In this document: piece after piece, positions 1 to 8,612 of the stretch
Numbering within the stretch: the first letter of the stretch is position 1
Layout of the letters: each line of letters opens with the position of its first letter
Source: Oscillibacter sp.
Lineage (GTDB): Bacteria; Bacillota; Clostridia; Oscillospirales; Oscillospiraceae
Assembly (NCBI GenBank): GCA_022796315.1
Contig: JAAWIL010000001.1
Location: forward strand, 1 to 34,793
Length of the DNA stretch: 34,793 bases
Reading direction: 5' to 3'
The notes under the pieces: model-generated
What the model was told of the DNA's origin: nothing
Seen by the model: the letters and a program-made list of their open reading frames with translations, nothing else
Databases searched by the model: none
Program-made: the position numbers and the translations under genes

Positions 1-26
1 AGTCCACCGTCAGGCCGTTTCACGGC

Positions 27-81
27 CCCTGGGGCGCCTATGCGCCCCAGGGTTGAAAAGAAGCATTTGCTTCTTTTCAAC
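27..81. repeat. Two adjacent perfect inverted repeats (11-bp and 13-bp stems); terminator or REP/MITE-like element
   Basis: ccctggggcgc/gcgccccaggg (27-52) and gttgaaaagaagc/gcttcttttcaac (52-81), downstream of the minus-strand membrane gene. Confidence 0.6.
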
Positions 82-174
82 TGCGGTGACTATAAAAACT
101 TTATTTGAGGGAATGCTCTGCACTTTACAGGAACCTGTGCAAAGAGGCGGCGGGCAGCATGGGGCAGACGCCTG

Positions 175-735
175 TCAGGATGCCTGCGCATGGCTGTTTG
201 CCTTTCGCGTGTTCCAAATCGGGGTCAGGCGGCACAGGATCTTGGCCCCCAGCAGGCCGCAGATCACCCCGGAGGCTGCCGCGACACAAAGGTACAACGC
301 CAGGGCGAAGCCGGACAGGCGGAATACAATGAGATTTGCGGTAAAGGCAGCTGCCATGGAGGCGGCGCCATTGGCGGCAGGCATGGAGGATTCCGGGGGC
401 AGGGCTCTTTTCCGCGCGGTCCAGAGGATCAGGTCTATGACAATTCCTGGCGCAATATAGCCGATGGGGGAGAGGGCACCCATGCTTCCCACCATGCCAA
501 AGGCAAGCGCAAGGACGCTCTGCACCGCGCCCATGACAGCGCCGCAGCCGGCATGGGGGATGAATGCGGCCGCAATCACCAGGAACATCAGGGAAAAGCC
601 GGTTCCAATGCCCCCCGGAATGTGCAGCGCGTCCGTGATGAGATTGGCAGCCGGCGCAATCAGCCGCTTTGAAAACAGCCCCAAATCACAGCACAGGGCC
701 AAAAAGATCATCTGCCTGAGCGAAAATTTTTTCAT
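175..735 (-). CDS. ECF transporter S-component-like membrane protein (186 aa)
   Basis: Start MKKFSLRQMIFLAL at 735 with AAGAGG upstream; several hydrophobic Gly/Ala-rich helices and size typical of S components; the ORF-track extension to 1053 runs through the riboswitch. Confidence 0.7.
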   Translation of the reverse strand: MKKFSLRQMIFLALCCDLGLFSKRLIAPAANLITDALHIPGGIGTGFSLMFLVIAAAFIPHAGCGAVMGAVQSVLALAFGMVGSMGALSPIGYIAPGIVIDLILWTARKRALPPESSMPAANGAASMAAAFTANLIVFRLSGFALALYLCVAAASGVICGLLGAKILCRLTPIWNTRKANSHAQAS

Positions 736-866
736 GATGAACGCCTCTTTTCTCGGATCGGTATCCGTGCTTTCAAACATCGGAAAACAGTCTTGGACAG
801 CCGCGGCGCGCGATGGCGGCCGGGAATCCGGAGCGGTTTGTGTGAAATTCCACATATGACAGGCTG

Positions 867-907
867 AAAAAAGCGGACGCTTTCGCTGAAAACGAAAACG
901 CCCGCTT
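867..907 (-). terminator. Intrinsic terminator; riboswitch expression platform
   Basis: Minus strand AAGCGGGCGTTTTCG-loop-CGAAAGCGTCCGCTT then T run, between aptamer and CDS. Confidence 0.8.
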
Positions 908-937
908 CGCCAAGGGAGTCCTTGACGTTTCGGAGTG

Positions 938-1050
938 TTCTCCTTTTCAAGTGAGAAGGTCCTGCGGTTTCCCGCAGAGCCCCGGAGGGGGAAGTTCCCC
1001 CTCGGCTGGACTGCCGTGGCAGATGCTTTAGGCCGGCCAGCTCGGAGATC
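938..1050 (-). ncRNA. Molybdenum cofactor (Moco) riboswitch, RF01055-like
   Basis: Minus strand CTCCGAGC..CCTAA..ACGG..CCAGCC, 8-bp P3 (985-1003), CTGCGG-GAAA-CCGCAG P4, 3' TTGAAAAGGAG closing P1; matches the recalled Moco motif; adjacent to a molybdoenzyme operon. Confidence 0.8.
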
Positions 1051-1096
1051 CATATTTCACATTGTCAGGAATACTCGGTAATGCGGTTCCACAGAA

Positions 1097-2422
1097 TCAA
1101 AAGCCGCTTCTCCCTGCGGAGGATTCCAGGACCTGGGGCAGCGGCGCCCTGGGGGCCTCCAGCTGCTGAATGTATGCGGTCAGAGACCGCTGCAGGGCGG
1201 CATATTTTCCGGAATCTCCGGCCTCAGCGGTCTCCCATGGAATGGGCGCGCCCTTTTGCAGCTGGTCCAGCATCTCTGTGACGCCGTCCATGGTATTGAC
1301 GAACTGCGCGCCGGCGATGCGTCCGCCGTAAAGGAGAACACGACGGTAGCCGCCACAGCTGTGAGACGCTAAAACCTGATAATCCAGCCCCTTCAGATCC
1401 TGCTCAGTCTTTCCAAAGGCAACGACGGGTGTCTGACCGATATAGGTGAGAAATACCGCCATAGATCCGGTGAACTCTTTTTCCTGGCCCGCACAGTTCG
1501 CCCCGGCCACCATGCCGCCGCGGGCTGCGGGCTCCCAGAACAGGTTCAGCGCCGGCTTTCCGCTGAGACGGTCCGGAGATTCCGTGCAGTCCCCGCAGGC
1601 GTAGATGTCCGGCAGATTGGTACGCATGTGTGAATCCACCCGAATGCCGCCCAGCTCGCCCAGGGCAATGCCGGTTTTCCGGGCAAGCTCCACCTGGGGG
1701 CGCACGCCAATCCCCCAGAGAATCAGGTCGCAGGGGATGACCCGCCTGGAGGTGCGGACGGCCTGGACGCGGCCATTGCCTTCAACACCCATGACGGATT
1801 CGCCGCTATAGACCTCCAGACCGTTGCTGCGCAGGGCCTTAACCACTTCGCCGGCAGTCTCCTTGTCAAAGGACCGCATGCTGATCCAGTCCAGCGCCTC
1901 CACCACGGTGACCCGCTCATAGCCGCGTTCCTTGAGGGCAAGGCCGCCCTCCAGTCCAATCGCTCCGGAGCCCACAACCACCGCGTGCTTTCCCGGGTAA
2001 GCGACAATCGCTTCCACATCGTCAATGGTTTTCAGGACGAAGTTTCCGGGGAGAGTGGTTCCCTTCATCCGGTGCAGCCGGATGGGGAAGCTTCCCGTGG
2101 CCACAATCAGCTTTCCGTAGGAAAATTCTTCACCGCCGGCGGTGGACACGGTCTTGCGGTCCGGGTCGATGATGGTGACTTCGTCGTTCAGGCGGAGCTG
2201 AATGTTGTGGGTGATATAGTCCTCAAAGGTTTTTACCAGAATCTTCTCTTTAGACAGCTCTCCGGAGAGATAGTCTGGAAGTGCCGGGGCCGCATACTCC
2301 GGATGCACCTCTTTTCCAAGGATCATAATGGACATCTCAGGGCGCAGTCTGCGAGCCGTCAAGGCCGCGCTGTTGCCGGCGACTCCGTTTCCGATGATCA
2401 GCAGATCGACATTGTGCACCAT
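1097..2422 (-). CDS. FAD-dependent pyridine nucleotide oxidoreductase (NADH oxidase/NirB/AorC-like, 441 aa)
   Basis: IIGNGVAG (FAD), ATGS, VVGSGAIGLE (NAD), TNLPDIYACGD; ATG at 2422 in TAATG overlap with the upstream stop. Confidence 0.88.
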   Translation of the reverse strand: MVHNVDLLIIGNGVAGNSAALTARRLRPEMSIMILGKEVHPEYAAPALPDYLSGELSKEKILVKTFEDYITHNIQLRLNDEVTIIDPDRKTVSTAGGEEFSYGKLIVATGSFPIRLHRMKGTTLPGNFVLKTIDDVEAIVAYPGKHAVVVGSGAIGLEGGLALKERGYERVTVVEALDWISMRSFDKETAGEVVKALRSNGLEVYSGESVMGVEGNGRVQAVRTSRRVIPCDLILWGIGVRPQVELARKTGIALGELGGIRVDSHMRTNLPDIYACGDCTESPDRLSGKPALNLFWEPAARGGMVAGANCAGQEKEFTGSMAVFLTYIGQTPVVAFGKTEQDLKGLDYQVLASHSCGGYRRVLLYGGRIAGAQFVNTMDGVTEMLDQLQKGAPIPWETAEAGDSGKYAALQRSLTAYIQQLEAPRAPLPQVLESSAGRSGF

Positions 2423-3321
2423 TAGACGGTCCCCCTTGTCAGATTCCTGCGCTCCAGGGCTTTTAAGTGTTTTGAGAGCGCTGTCAGCTCTTCCGGTGTA
2501 CACGGTTCGCCTAAACAGGCGGTCAGCAGCTGGGCCAGCCGCTGCTTGGGCTTGCTGGCGGAAAACCCGGTTTTGTTCCAGGCGACCCCGAGTGCCGCAA
2601 ACACAGGATCGCCTCCGCCGTCGAAGGGGGAGGACGCGGGGGCCTCCGGGGAGACCGGGCAGCCGGCGGACAGGAACCGCACAGGGCGGCTCCGTCCGCT
2701 CTGCGGCAGATTCCTGGAGCGGATCGCCTCCTGCCAAAGCTCCACGCAGAGCGGGGTAAAGCGGCGGCTGTCCGCAAGGGGAATCGCCCCGTCCCCCTCC
2801 GCGATTACAGCGCAGATCCCTTTGTTCAGCAGGCGTTGGGCAATGTACTCGCCAGCAATGACAAAACAGCGGTCTTCTGTTACGGATTCCCGGCTTACGG
2901 TCAGCAGCGCCGCATCCTCAAAGCGGCGCACGGCCAGCAGGGAGGAGGCGTTTCCCACCGGATTCTCAAAGGTGATCTCACCCTGACAAATCCGCAGGCG
3001 CAGAGGCTGCGGACTGCTCCCGGTGATGAAGAGCATGTCGATTCCGGCACAGCGGAGCGCGGCGCCGAACCGGCCCTCCGCAGCGGCATGATGTACAGCT
3101 CCGCGGCGCAGGCAGCTCCAAACCATGGCCCCGGAGCCGGGGACGCCTGTTCCGGTCAGCGGGCCCGTGCTGAAGGCAACAGCTTCGGGGTCCAGCTCCC
3201 ACAAAAAGCGCATCTCTTCAAAGTGCAGGCTCCAGCAGCCAAATTGTCCGGCAGAGACCTCCTTGACTGCGGCCGTCCGGTTGAGCAGGTCAATCAGCGC
3301 GTATCGCACGATTCTCTGCAT
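2422..3321 (-). CDS. Degenerate, shortened aldehyde:ferredoxin oxidoreductase (AOR)-like subunit (299 aa)
   Basis: TGPLTGTGVPGSG and GRFGAALRCAGIDMLFITGSSPQP match the AFOR N-terminal domain; about half normal AOR length; TAATG coupling at both ends. Confidence 0.72.
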   Translation of the reverse strand: MQRIVRYALIDLLNRTAAVKEVSAGQFGCWSLHFEEMRFLWELDPEAVAFSTGPLTGTGVPGSGAMVWSCLRRGAVHHAAAEGRFGAALRCAGIDMLFITGSSPQPLRLRICQGEITFENPVGNASSLLAVRRFEDAALLTVSRESVTEDRCFVIAGEYIAQRLLNKGICAVIAEGDGAIPLADSRRFTPLCVELWQEAIRSRNLPQSGRSRPVRFLSAGCPVSPEAPASSPFDGGGDPVFAALGVAWNKTGFSASKPKQRLAQLLTACLGEPCTPEELTALSKHLKALERRNLTRGTV

Positions 3322-3800
3322 TAGTTCACACCCCCTTCCGTCGGATTCAGCAGGTTTTGCGCATATTTGCTGCGGAGATCCAGGCTGGCCTGATGGACGT
3401 CCTCAAACCGCAGCGCCTGAGTGGGACAGACCTTGACGCAGACGGGGTCGCCGCCGCAGAGATCGCAGGTGACAAAGGCCTCCTGATCCCGGTCGTATGT
3501 CACTGCGCCCACTGGGCACATCACCCTGCATGCCGCGCAGGCAAAGCAGTCCTCCGTCCTGCGGCTGACCACACCGGTTCCGGGGTCCTTGTCAATGATC
3601 CCCCGCATACAGGCGGATACGCATACCGGTTCCGCGCAGTGCTGGCACACCACGGCGTACTGCGTGTCGATCCCGCCGGCGCGCCGGATGCGGATACGGG
3701 CGTCTGAGGGCATCACGGTTCCCTTTTTTGCGATGGAGCAAATCATCTGGCAGGCGCCACAGCCAGTACATTTTGCGCGGTCAATCGTTAGAATTTTCAT
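3321..3800 (-). CDS. 4x[4Fe-4S] electron-transfer subunit (AorA/HydN-like)
   Basis: CTGCGACQMIC, CQHCAEPVCVSAC, CFACAACRVMCP, CDLCGGDPVCVKVCP. Confidence 0.92.
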   Translation of the reverse strand: MKILTIDRAKCTGCGACQMICSIAKKGTVMPSDARIRIRRAGGIDTQYAVVCQHCAEPVCVSACMRGIIDKDPGTGVVSRRTEDCFACAACRVMCPVGAVTYDRDQEAFVTCDLCGGDPVCVKVCPTQALRFEDVHQASLDLRSKYAQNLLNPTEGGVN

Positions 3801-3833
3801 GTCAACTCTCCATGGCAGACCTTGCGCGCCCCG

Positions 3834-4343
3834 TCATGGCCGGGCGCCGGGCGGCTTGAAGGTTCCGTCTGCGTAGCGGCTGCGCAGAATGGCAGAAATC
3901 TCCTCCACGGTTCCGCACAGGATGGCCTCTGCGGGACAGTTGCGGGCGCAGGCCGGCAGATCGCCCTCATCAATGCGGTTATAGCACATGGTGCATTTCT
4001 GCATCAGGCCGTTGGCGCCAAACTGCGGCACGCCAAAGGGACAGGCCCACAGACACTCGTGGCAGCCAATGCACGTTTTCTGGTTGCCCAAAACGATTCC
4101 GTCGCTCCGCTTGCGGAGGGCGCCGGTGGGACAGGCCTTGACGCAGGGGGCGTCGCCGCAGTGCTGGCAGGGGATGGGGAGGAAGCTAAGATGCGCATCC
4201 TCGCCGCTGCCGCACTCCACCTCGGCCACCATGGTGAAGCGCGGGCCGGCGGGCAGGCTGTTCTCCAGCTTGCAGACCGTCTCACAGGCACGGCATCCCA
4301 TACACCGCTTGGTGTCCACGTAAAGAATCATCTGCTTTTCCAT
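3834..4343 (-). CDS. 4x[4Fe-4S] DmsB/NrfC-type beta subunit
   Basis: CMGCRACETVCK, CQHCGDAPCVKACP, CIGCHECLWACP, KCTMC..PACARNCP; follows the Mo subunit. Confidence 0.92.
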   Translation of the reverse strand: MEKQMILYVDTKRCMGCRACETVCKLENSLPAGPRFTMVAEVECGSGEDAHLSFLPIPCQHCGDAPCVKACPTGALRKRSDGIVLGNQKTCIGCHECLWACPFGVPQFGANGLMQKCTMCYNRIDEGDLPACARNCPAEAILCGTVEEISAILRSRYADGTFKPPGARP

Positions 4344-4356
4344 CTTGTGTCCCTCC

Positions 4357-6579
4357 TCACATCTTTTGAACTTCTACCAGGGTGTTGAAGTAGGAACCGG
4401 TATTGCCGTCCAGCAGCGGATGATATTCCTGCATGATGCCGTGCTCCTGCAGGATATCCCGGGGACCGGCGGGATACACGCCCGTCAGCTTGTTGACGCT
4501 GCCGCCCAGCTTTACCCACATGCCGCTGCTCATCTCGATGACGCCGCTTTTGACGCGCACACCAACCCGCGCAATGATGTTTTTCAGCTCTCCCCGGTCG
4601 TTGAAGATCCGCACCAGGTCGCCGTCCTGGATTCCGCGGGCGGCGGCGTCCTCCCGGCTCATAAAGATCCGCGCGGGGCCTTCGATTTCCTGAATCCAGG
4701 GGAGGTTGTAGTACTGTGAGTGGGTCCGGAAGGCGGGGTGCTGGGAGATGACGTTCAGCGGATATTTTTTCGCCAGCTCCGGTGTGGCATAGACGCTTTC
4801 CGCCGGTTCCTGGAATTCGGGCACGGGGTTGAACTCCCCCGGGAAGGTCTTCCCGCGGGTCTCCATCATGGAGGAGTACAGCTCCACCTTGCCGGAGGGC
4901 GTGTCAAAACCGTTTTGATACGGAATCTTCGGGCACCACTTCTCGGGATTGCGGACCGGCCCATGGGGGGAGACCGCCGCGTCCACGTCGCATTCCTCCC
5001 CGATCAGCATGCGGATGTAGTCCAGTCCGGTCCGCTCGCGGGGAAAGTACTTCTCGTACCCCAGGCGGCGGCCCAGTTCCTCAAAGATCTCAATATCAGG
5101 CACGCACTCATAGGGCGGCTGACAGACCGGGACAAGGATCTGATTGTAGGGGTGCCAGTAAGAGGGGTGCAGACCGTACTGTTCCAGGTAGTGACAGGCG
5201 GGAAGCACCAGATCGGCGTAATCGGTGTCATCCGTCATGAACTGTTCGACCGTCACAAACATGTCCAGCATGTTGACGGCCTCAATCGTGTAATCCACAT
5301 GGGGCTGCTGAGAGATCAGTCCGCCCCGGAACGAAAGGATGCCCTTGATCGGCGGCTCCTTGGCCTCGTGAATGGCTGCGGCGATGGCGGCGATGTTGAT
5401 CAGCCGGGTCTTTCGGATCTCGGCCCCCTCGGGTTCCGTGACATTGGCCCAGTGGGCAAAACCGGTCAAGTTGGGGAATCCCATGCCGGAGATGAAGTTA
5501 TAGTTGCCGCTCTCCTTGCCAAAGCTGCCGCACACGGCCGCCAGACAGGCCAGCGCGCGCTGAGCCTGGTGGCCGTTGCTGTAGCGCTGCTGGCCATAGC
5601 CGGTTTCAAAATGCGATTTGGTCGTGGCCAGCAGCTCTGCGGCCTGGATGATCTGCGCTTTGGGGATGGTTGTCACCTCCTCCGTGCGCTCCGGCGTCCA
5701 TTCCTCTGCCAGCGCTGCAAGCTCCGCAAAGCCCACCGTGTGCTCCGCAAGGAACGCCTTGTCCTGTAGGCCCTGCTTGATGATCCAGTGGATCATCCCC
5801 AGCGCCATTGCCCCATCCGTACCCGGCCGGGGCCGCAGGTGCAGGTCTGCCTTGGCGGCGACCCCTGTTGTGTAGGGATCCACCACGATCAGTCTGGCGC
5901 CGCGCTCCTTGGCCCGGTATAGGAAAGGAAAGATATGCGGGTTTGTGGCAGAGCAGTTTCTGCCCACCAGGAATACGGTCTCGCAGTGCTCGGACCAGAT
6001 GGCCGGGTCCATGGTGTACTGGCTGCCGACGCTGCAATAGGAACCGGCCGCGCCGGACAGCAGACAGAAGCTGCCTGCCAGTTTGCTGGCGCCCATCAGG
6101 TTCCACAGACGTGCGCTGACCGCCTTTGCCATGTGCTCCCGGTTGCCGGAGTAGCAGTATTCCACCAGTGCCTCGCTGCCATATTGTTTCTGGATGCCGG
6201 TGATCTTTTCCACCATCCAGTCCATAGCCTCGTCCCAGGTAATCCGCTTGAACTTGCCCTCACCCCGCTTTCCAACCCGCAGCATGGGGTATTTCACACG
6301 GTCGGGGCTGTTGATCTTTTCCACGTTGGCAAAGCCCTTGAGGCACAGATGTCCGCGGGTAATCGGGTGTTCCGGATTGCCCTCAATTTTGATGACCTTT
6401 TCGTCCTTTACGTAGACCAGCTCGCCGCAGGTGTCGTAGCAGTTGTGCGGACAGCAGGTTTTTACCACACGGTCCGCAATCACCTTTTTGCCGCCCAGCC
6501 ACACGGGCACGTTGGCTCCGGCGGCGTACCGGTCCAGATCCTCGCATTTTCGCCAAGGAATGGGATGATAGCTCTCCAT
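4357..6579 (-). CDS. DMSO-reductase-family bis-MGD molybdoenzyme catalytic subunit, cytoplasmic (740 aa)
   Basis: CPHNCYDTC..HLCLKG Fe-S motif, RITWDEA, PRPGTDGAMALG, DTDYADLVLPA, C-terminal HSQ motif; no Tat signal; start MESYHP with AGGGG RBS. Confidence 0.92.
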   Translation of the reverse strand: MESYHPIPWRKCEDLDRYAAGANVPVWLGGKKVIADRVVKTCCPHNCYDTCGELVYVKDEKVIKIEGNPEHPITRGHLCLKGFANVEKINSPDRVKYPMLRVGKRGEGKFKRITWDEAMDWMVEKITGIQKQYGSEALVEYCYSGNREHMAKAVSARLWNLMGASKLAGSFCLLSGAAGSYCSVGSQYTMDPAIWSEHCETVFLVGRNCSATNPHIFPFLYRAKERGARLIVVDPYTTGVAAKADLHLRPRPGTDGAMALGMIHWIIKQGLQDKAFLAEHTVGFAELAALAEEWTPERTEEVTTIPKAQIIQAAELLATTKSHFETGYGQQRYSNGHQAQRALACLAAVCGSFGKESGNYNFISGMGFPNLTGFAHWANVTEPEGAEIRKTRLINIAAIAAAIHEAKEPPIKGILSFRGGLISQQPHVDYTIEAVNMLDMFVTVEQFMTDDTDYADLVLPACHYLEQYGLHPSYWHPYNQILVPVCQPPYECVPDIEIFEELGRRLGYEKYFPRERTGLDYIRMLIGEECDVDAAVSPHGPVRNPEKWCPKIPYQNGFDTPSGKVELYSSMMETRGKTFPGEFNPVPEFQEPAESVYATPELAKKYPLNVISQHPAFRTHSQYYNLPWIQEIEGPARIFMSREDAAARGIQDGDLVRIFNDRGELKNIIARVGVRVKSGVIEMSSGMWVKLGGSVNKLTGVYPAGPRDILQEHGIMQEYHPLLDGNTGSYFNTLVEVQKM

Positions 6580-6617
6580 ATTGATTCCCCTTTGTTTTAT
6601 TCGTACTGCTCTCCGTC

Positions 6618-8546
6618 TTATTTGTAGTGGATTGCGCGCCCCTCCACGGCCAGGGCGGCTTCCTTCATCGCCTCCGCAACAGTGGGGTGCGCGTGGATGG
6701 TTTGAATGATATCCTCCACGCCGGCTTTCATCTTCATAGCCATGGCGCCCTCCGCGATGAGATCCGTGGCACGGGCACCCAGGATGTGGACGCCCAGGAT
6801 CTGGCTGGTCCTGGCATCCGCAAGGATTTTGACCCAACCGCCGGTCTGGCCCATGATTACAGATTTTCCATTGGCCTCCAGGGGGAACTTTCCGACTTTG
6901 TAGTCCAGCTTCTGCGCGTTTGCTTCTTCCTCGTTGAGTCCGACACAGGCAAATTCCGGTGTCATATATACACAGGAGGGACATACCCGCTCGTCATATT
7001 TTGCCTCTTCCCCGAGGGCATTCTCTGCGGCGATCTCACCCATGGCAGACGCCGTGTGTGCCAGCATGGTCTTTCCGGTGCAGTCTCCGATGGCATAGAT
7101 TCCGGGAATGTTGGTTTCAAGCCGGCTGTTTGTCACAATGTGGCCGCGCTCGGTTTCCACTCCGGCGGCCTCCAGGTGCAGGGAGGCGATATTGCTCCGG
7201 CGTCCCACGGCCACCAGCACCTTCTCCGCCTCAAAGGCCGTCTCCTTGCCGGTCTTCAGTCTGGTCCGCACACGGGCGCCGGTCTCGCAGGCTTCCAAGC
7301 CGGTCACCTGGGTCTCCAGAGAGAAGCGGATTCCCTGTTTTTCCATCATGCCCTGTGCCGCCCGCGTCAGTTCATCATCCATCATGGGCAGGATGCGGGG
7401 CATCATCTCCACAATGGTGACTTGGGTTCCAAAAGCGGCATAGGTGCATGCCAGTTCGATGCCGATCACACCGCCGCCGATGATAACCATGGATTTGGGC
7501 AGCGCGTCCAAGGTCAGCGCGCCAGTGGAATCCACGCAGTTTGGAGTTTCCGCGAGTCCGGGAATCGGCGGCATGACCGGAATGGAGCCTGACGCCAGAA
7601 TAAACCGGTCCGCCTGGACCTCCAGCGTCTCTCCGCCGGCTTTGACAACGGAAAGCGTGTGGGCGTCCCGGAAGGAGGCGCGGCCCTCCAAAACCTCTAC
7701 GCCGTGAGCGGCCAGCAGCCCCTCCACGCCGGAGATCAGCCGGGCGGAAACTGCGGCGCGGTGGGCCTGCACGGCTGCCCAGTTGATGGAGAGATCACGG
7801 GCGCGGATTCCCACGGTTTCGCCATGCTTTGCGGCGGTATAGACCTCCGCGCTGTGGAGCAGCGCCTTGGTGGGAATACATCCGACGTTGAGACAGGTCC
7901 CTCCCAGCGTTTTCATCTCGATCAGCAGGACGCTGGCGCCCAGTTGTGCGGCCCGGATCGCCGCGACATATCCGCCGGGGCCGCCGCCGACGACAACGAC
8001 CCTTGTGGCTTTGGGAACTGCCGGAGCGTGGCTGGTTCCGTCAGATTCAACGCAGGCGAGAAGATCGTCCTTTTTCACAGACGCGCCCGCTTGCGCGGCG
8101 ATCTGGATCAAGGTTCCGCTTACGGGGCTTGCAACATCCGTATTCATTTTCCCGGCGGCTACAGACACCAAGGGCTCCCCCTGCTTTACCAGATCCCCCT
8201 CCGCCTTATGCCACATTTTCACGCTTGCGGGGCCGCCGGTTTTTGGCAGCTTGACGGGTACCACCTCGCCGGCCGGGATGAGAGGGCCCTGTTCCGGCGG
8301 CGGTGCGTTTCCCTCCGCTGCTGTTTCGAGGGCGCAGACGGGGGCTCCGCCCGGGACGGTCTCTCCGTTCTGCATGAAAATTTCCAAAACCTGTCCGCTG
8401 AATGGGCTGGCGACTTCCCGCGTTATCTGCATGGGTCCCACAAGAACCCTGCACAGCAGGTCTCCCTTCTGTACGCGGTCGCCGGCCTTTACCTGCCACT
8501 GCTTCAGGGTGCAGGCTGACTTCATCACTGAAATGGTCTGTTTCAT
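6618..8546 (-). CDS. lpdA: Dihydrolipoamide dehydrogenase with two N-terminal lipoyl/biotinyl-like domains
   Basis: GGGPGGYVAAIRAAQLG, GGTCLNVGCIPTK redox disulfide, GGGVIG, HAHPTVAE; two W-x-x-x-x-GD-x-V..SP-x-SG repeats at N-terminus. Confidence 0.93.
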   Translation of the reverse strand: MKQTISVMKSACTLKQWQVKAGDRVQKGDLLCRVLVGPMQITREVASPFSGQVLEIFMQNGETVPGGAPVCALETAAEGNAPPPEQGPLIPAGEVVPVKLPKTGGPASVKMWHKAEGDLVKQGEPLVSVAAGKMNTDVASPVSGTLIQIAAQAGASVKKDDLLACVESDGTSHAPAVPKATRVVVVGGGPGGYVAAIRAAQLGASVLLIEMKTLGGTCLNVGCIPTKALLHSAEVYTAAKHGETVGIRARDLSINWAAVQAHRAAVSARLISGVEGLLAAHGVEVLEGRASFRDAHTLSVVKAGGETLEVQADRFILASGSIPVMPPIPGLAETPNCVDSTGALTLDALPKSMVIIGGGVIGIELACTYAAFGTQVTIVEMMPRILPMMDDELTRAAQGMMEKQGIRFSLETQVTGLEACETGARVRTRLKTGKETAFEAEKVLVAVGRRSNIASLHLEAAGVETERGHIVTNSRLETNIPGIYAIGDCTGKTMLAHTASAMGEIAAENALGEEAKYDERVCPSCVYMTPEFACVGLNEEEANAQKLDYKVGKFPLEANGKSVIMGQTGGWVKILADARTSQILGVHILGARATDLIAEGAMAMKMKAGVEDIIQTIHAHPTVAEAMKEAALAVEGRAIHYK

Positions 8547-8563
8547 AACAACCCCCCCATGAG

Positions 8564-8604
8564 AAAAGCCATGCCGATCCGGTTTGACATCGGCATGGCT
8601 TTTT
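8564..8604. terminator. Intrinsic terminator-like hairpin inside the operon
   Basis: Perfect 15-bp arms aaaagccatgccgat/atcggcatggctttt between the AhpD-like stop and the lpdA RBS. Confidence 0.8.
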
Positions 8605-8612
8605 GTTAGATA

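Noticed and set aside
90-191. 33-aa minus-strand ORF overlapping the end of the S-component gene
   Set aside because: Weak RBS, no recognisable motif, ends next to the hairpin region
736-1053. N-terminal extension of the 292-aa ORF; cobalamin riboswitch also considered
   Set aside because: Extension overlaps the aptamer and terminator; no B12 box seen and the motif fits Moco
2423-2737. N-terminal extension of the 546-aa ORF
   Set aside because: Overlaps the AOR-like CDS in another frame; the TAATG junction marks the true start
4357-6579. Selenocysteine or Tat export in the Mo enzyme
   Set aside because: No in-frame TGA and no twin-arginine leader
6580-6984. N-terminal extension of the 875-aa Mo enzyme ORF (possible fusion or frameshift)
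   Set aside because: Out-of-frame overlap with the intact lpdA 3' end; own RBS before 6579
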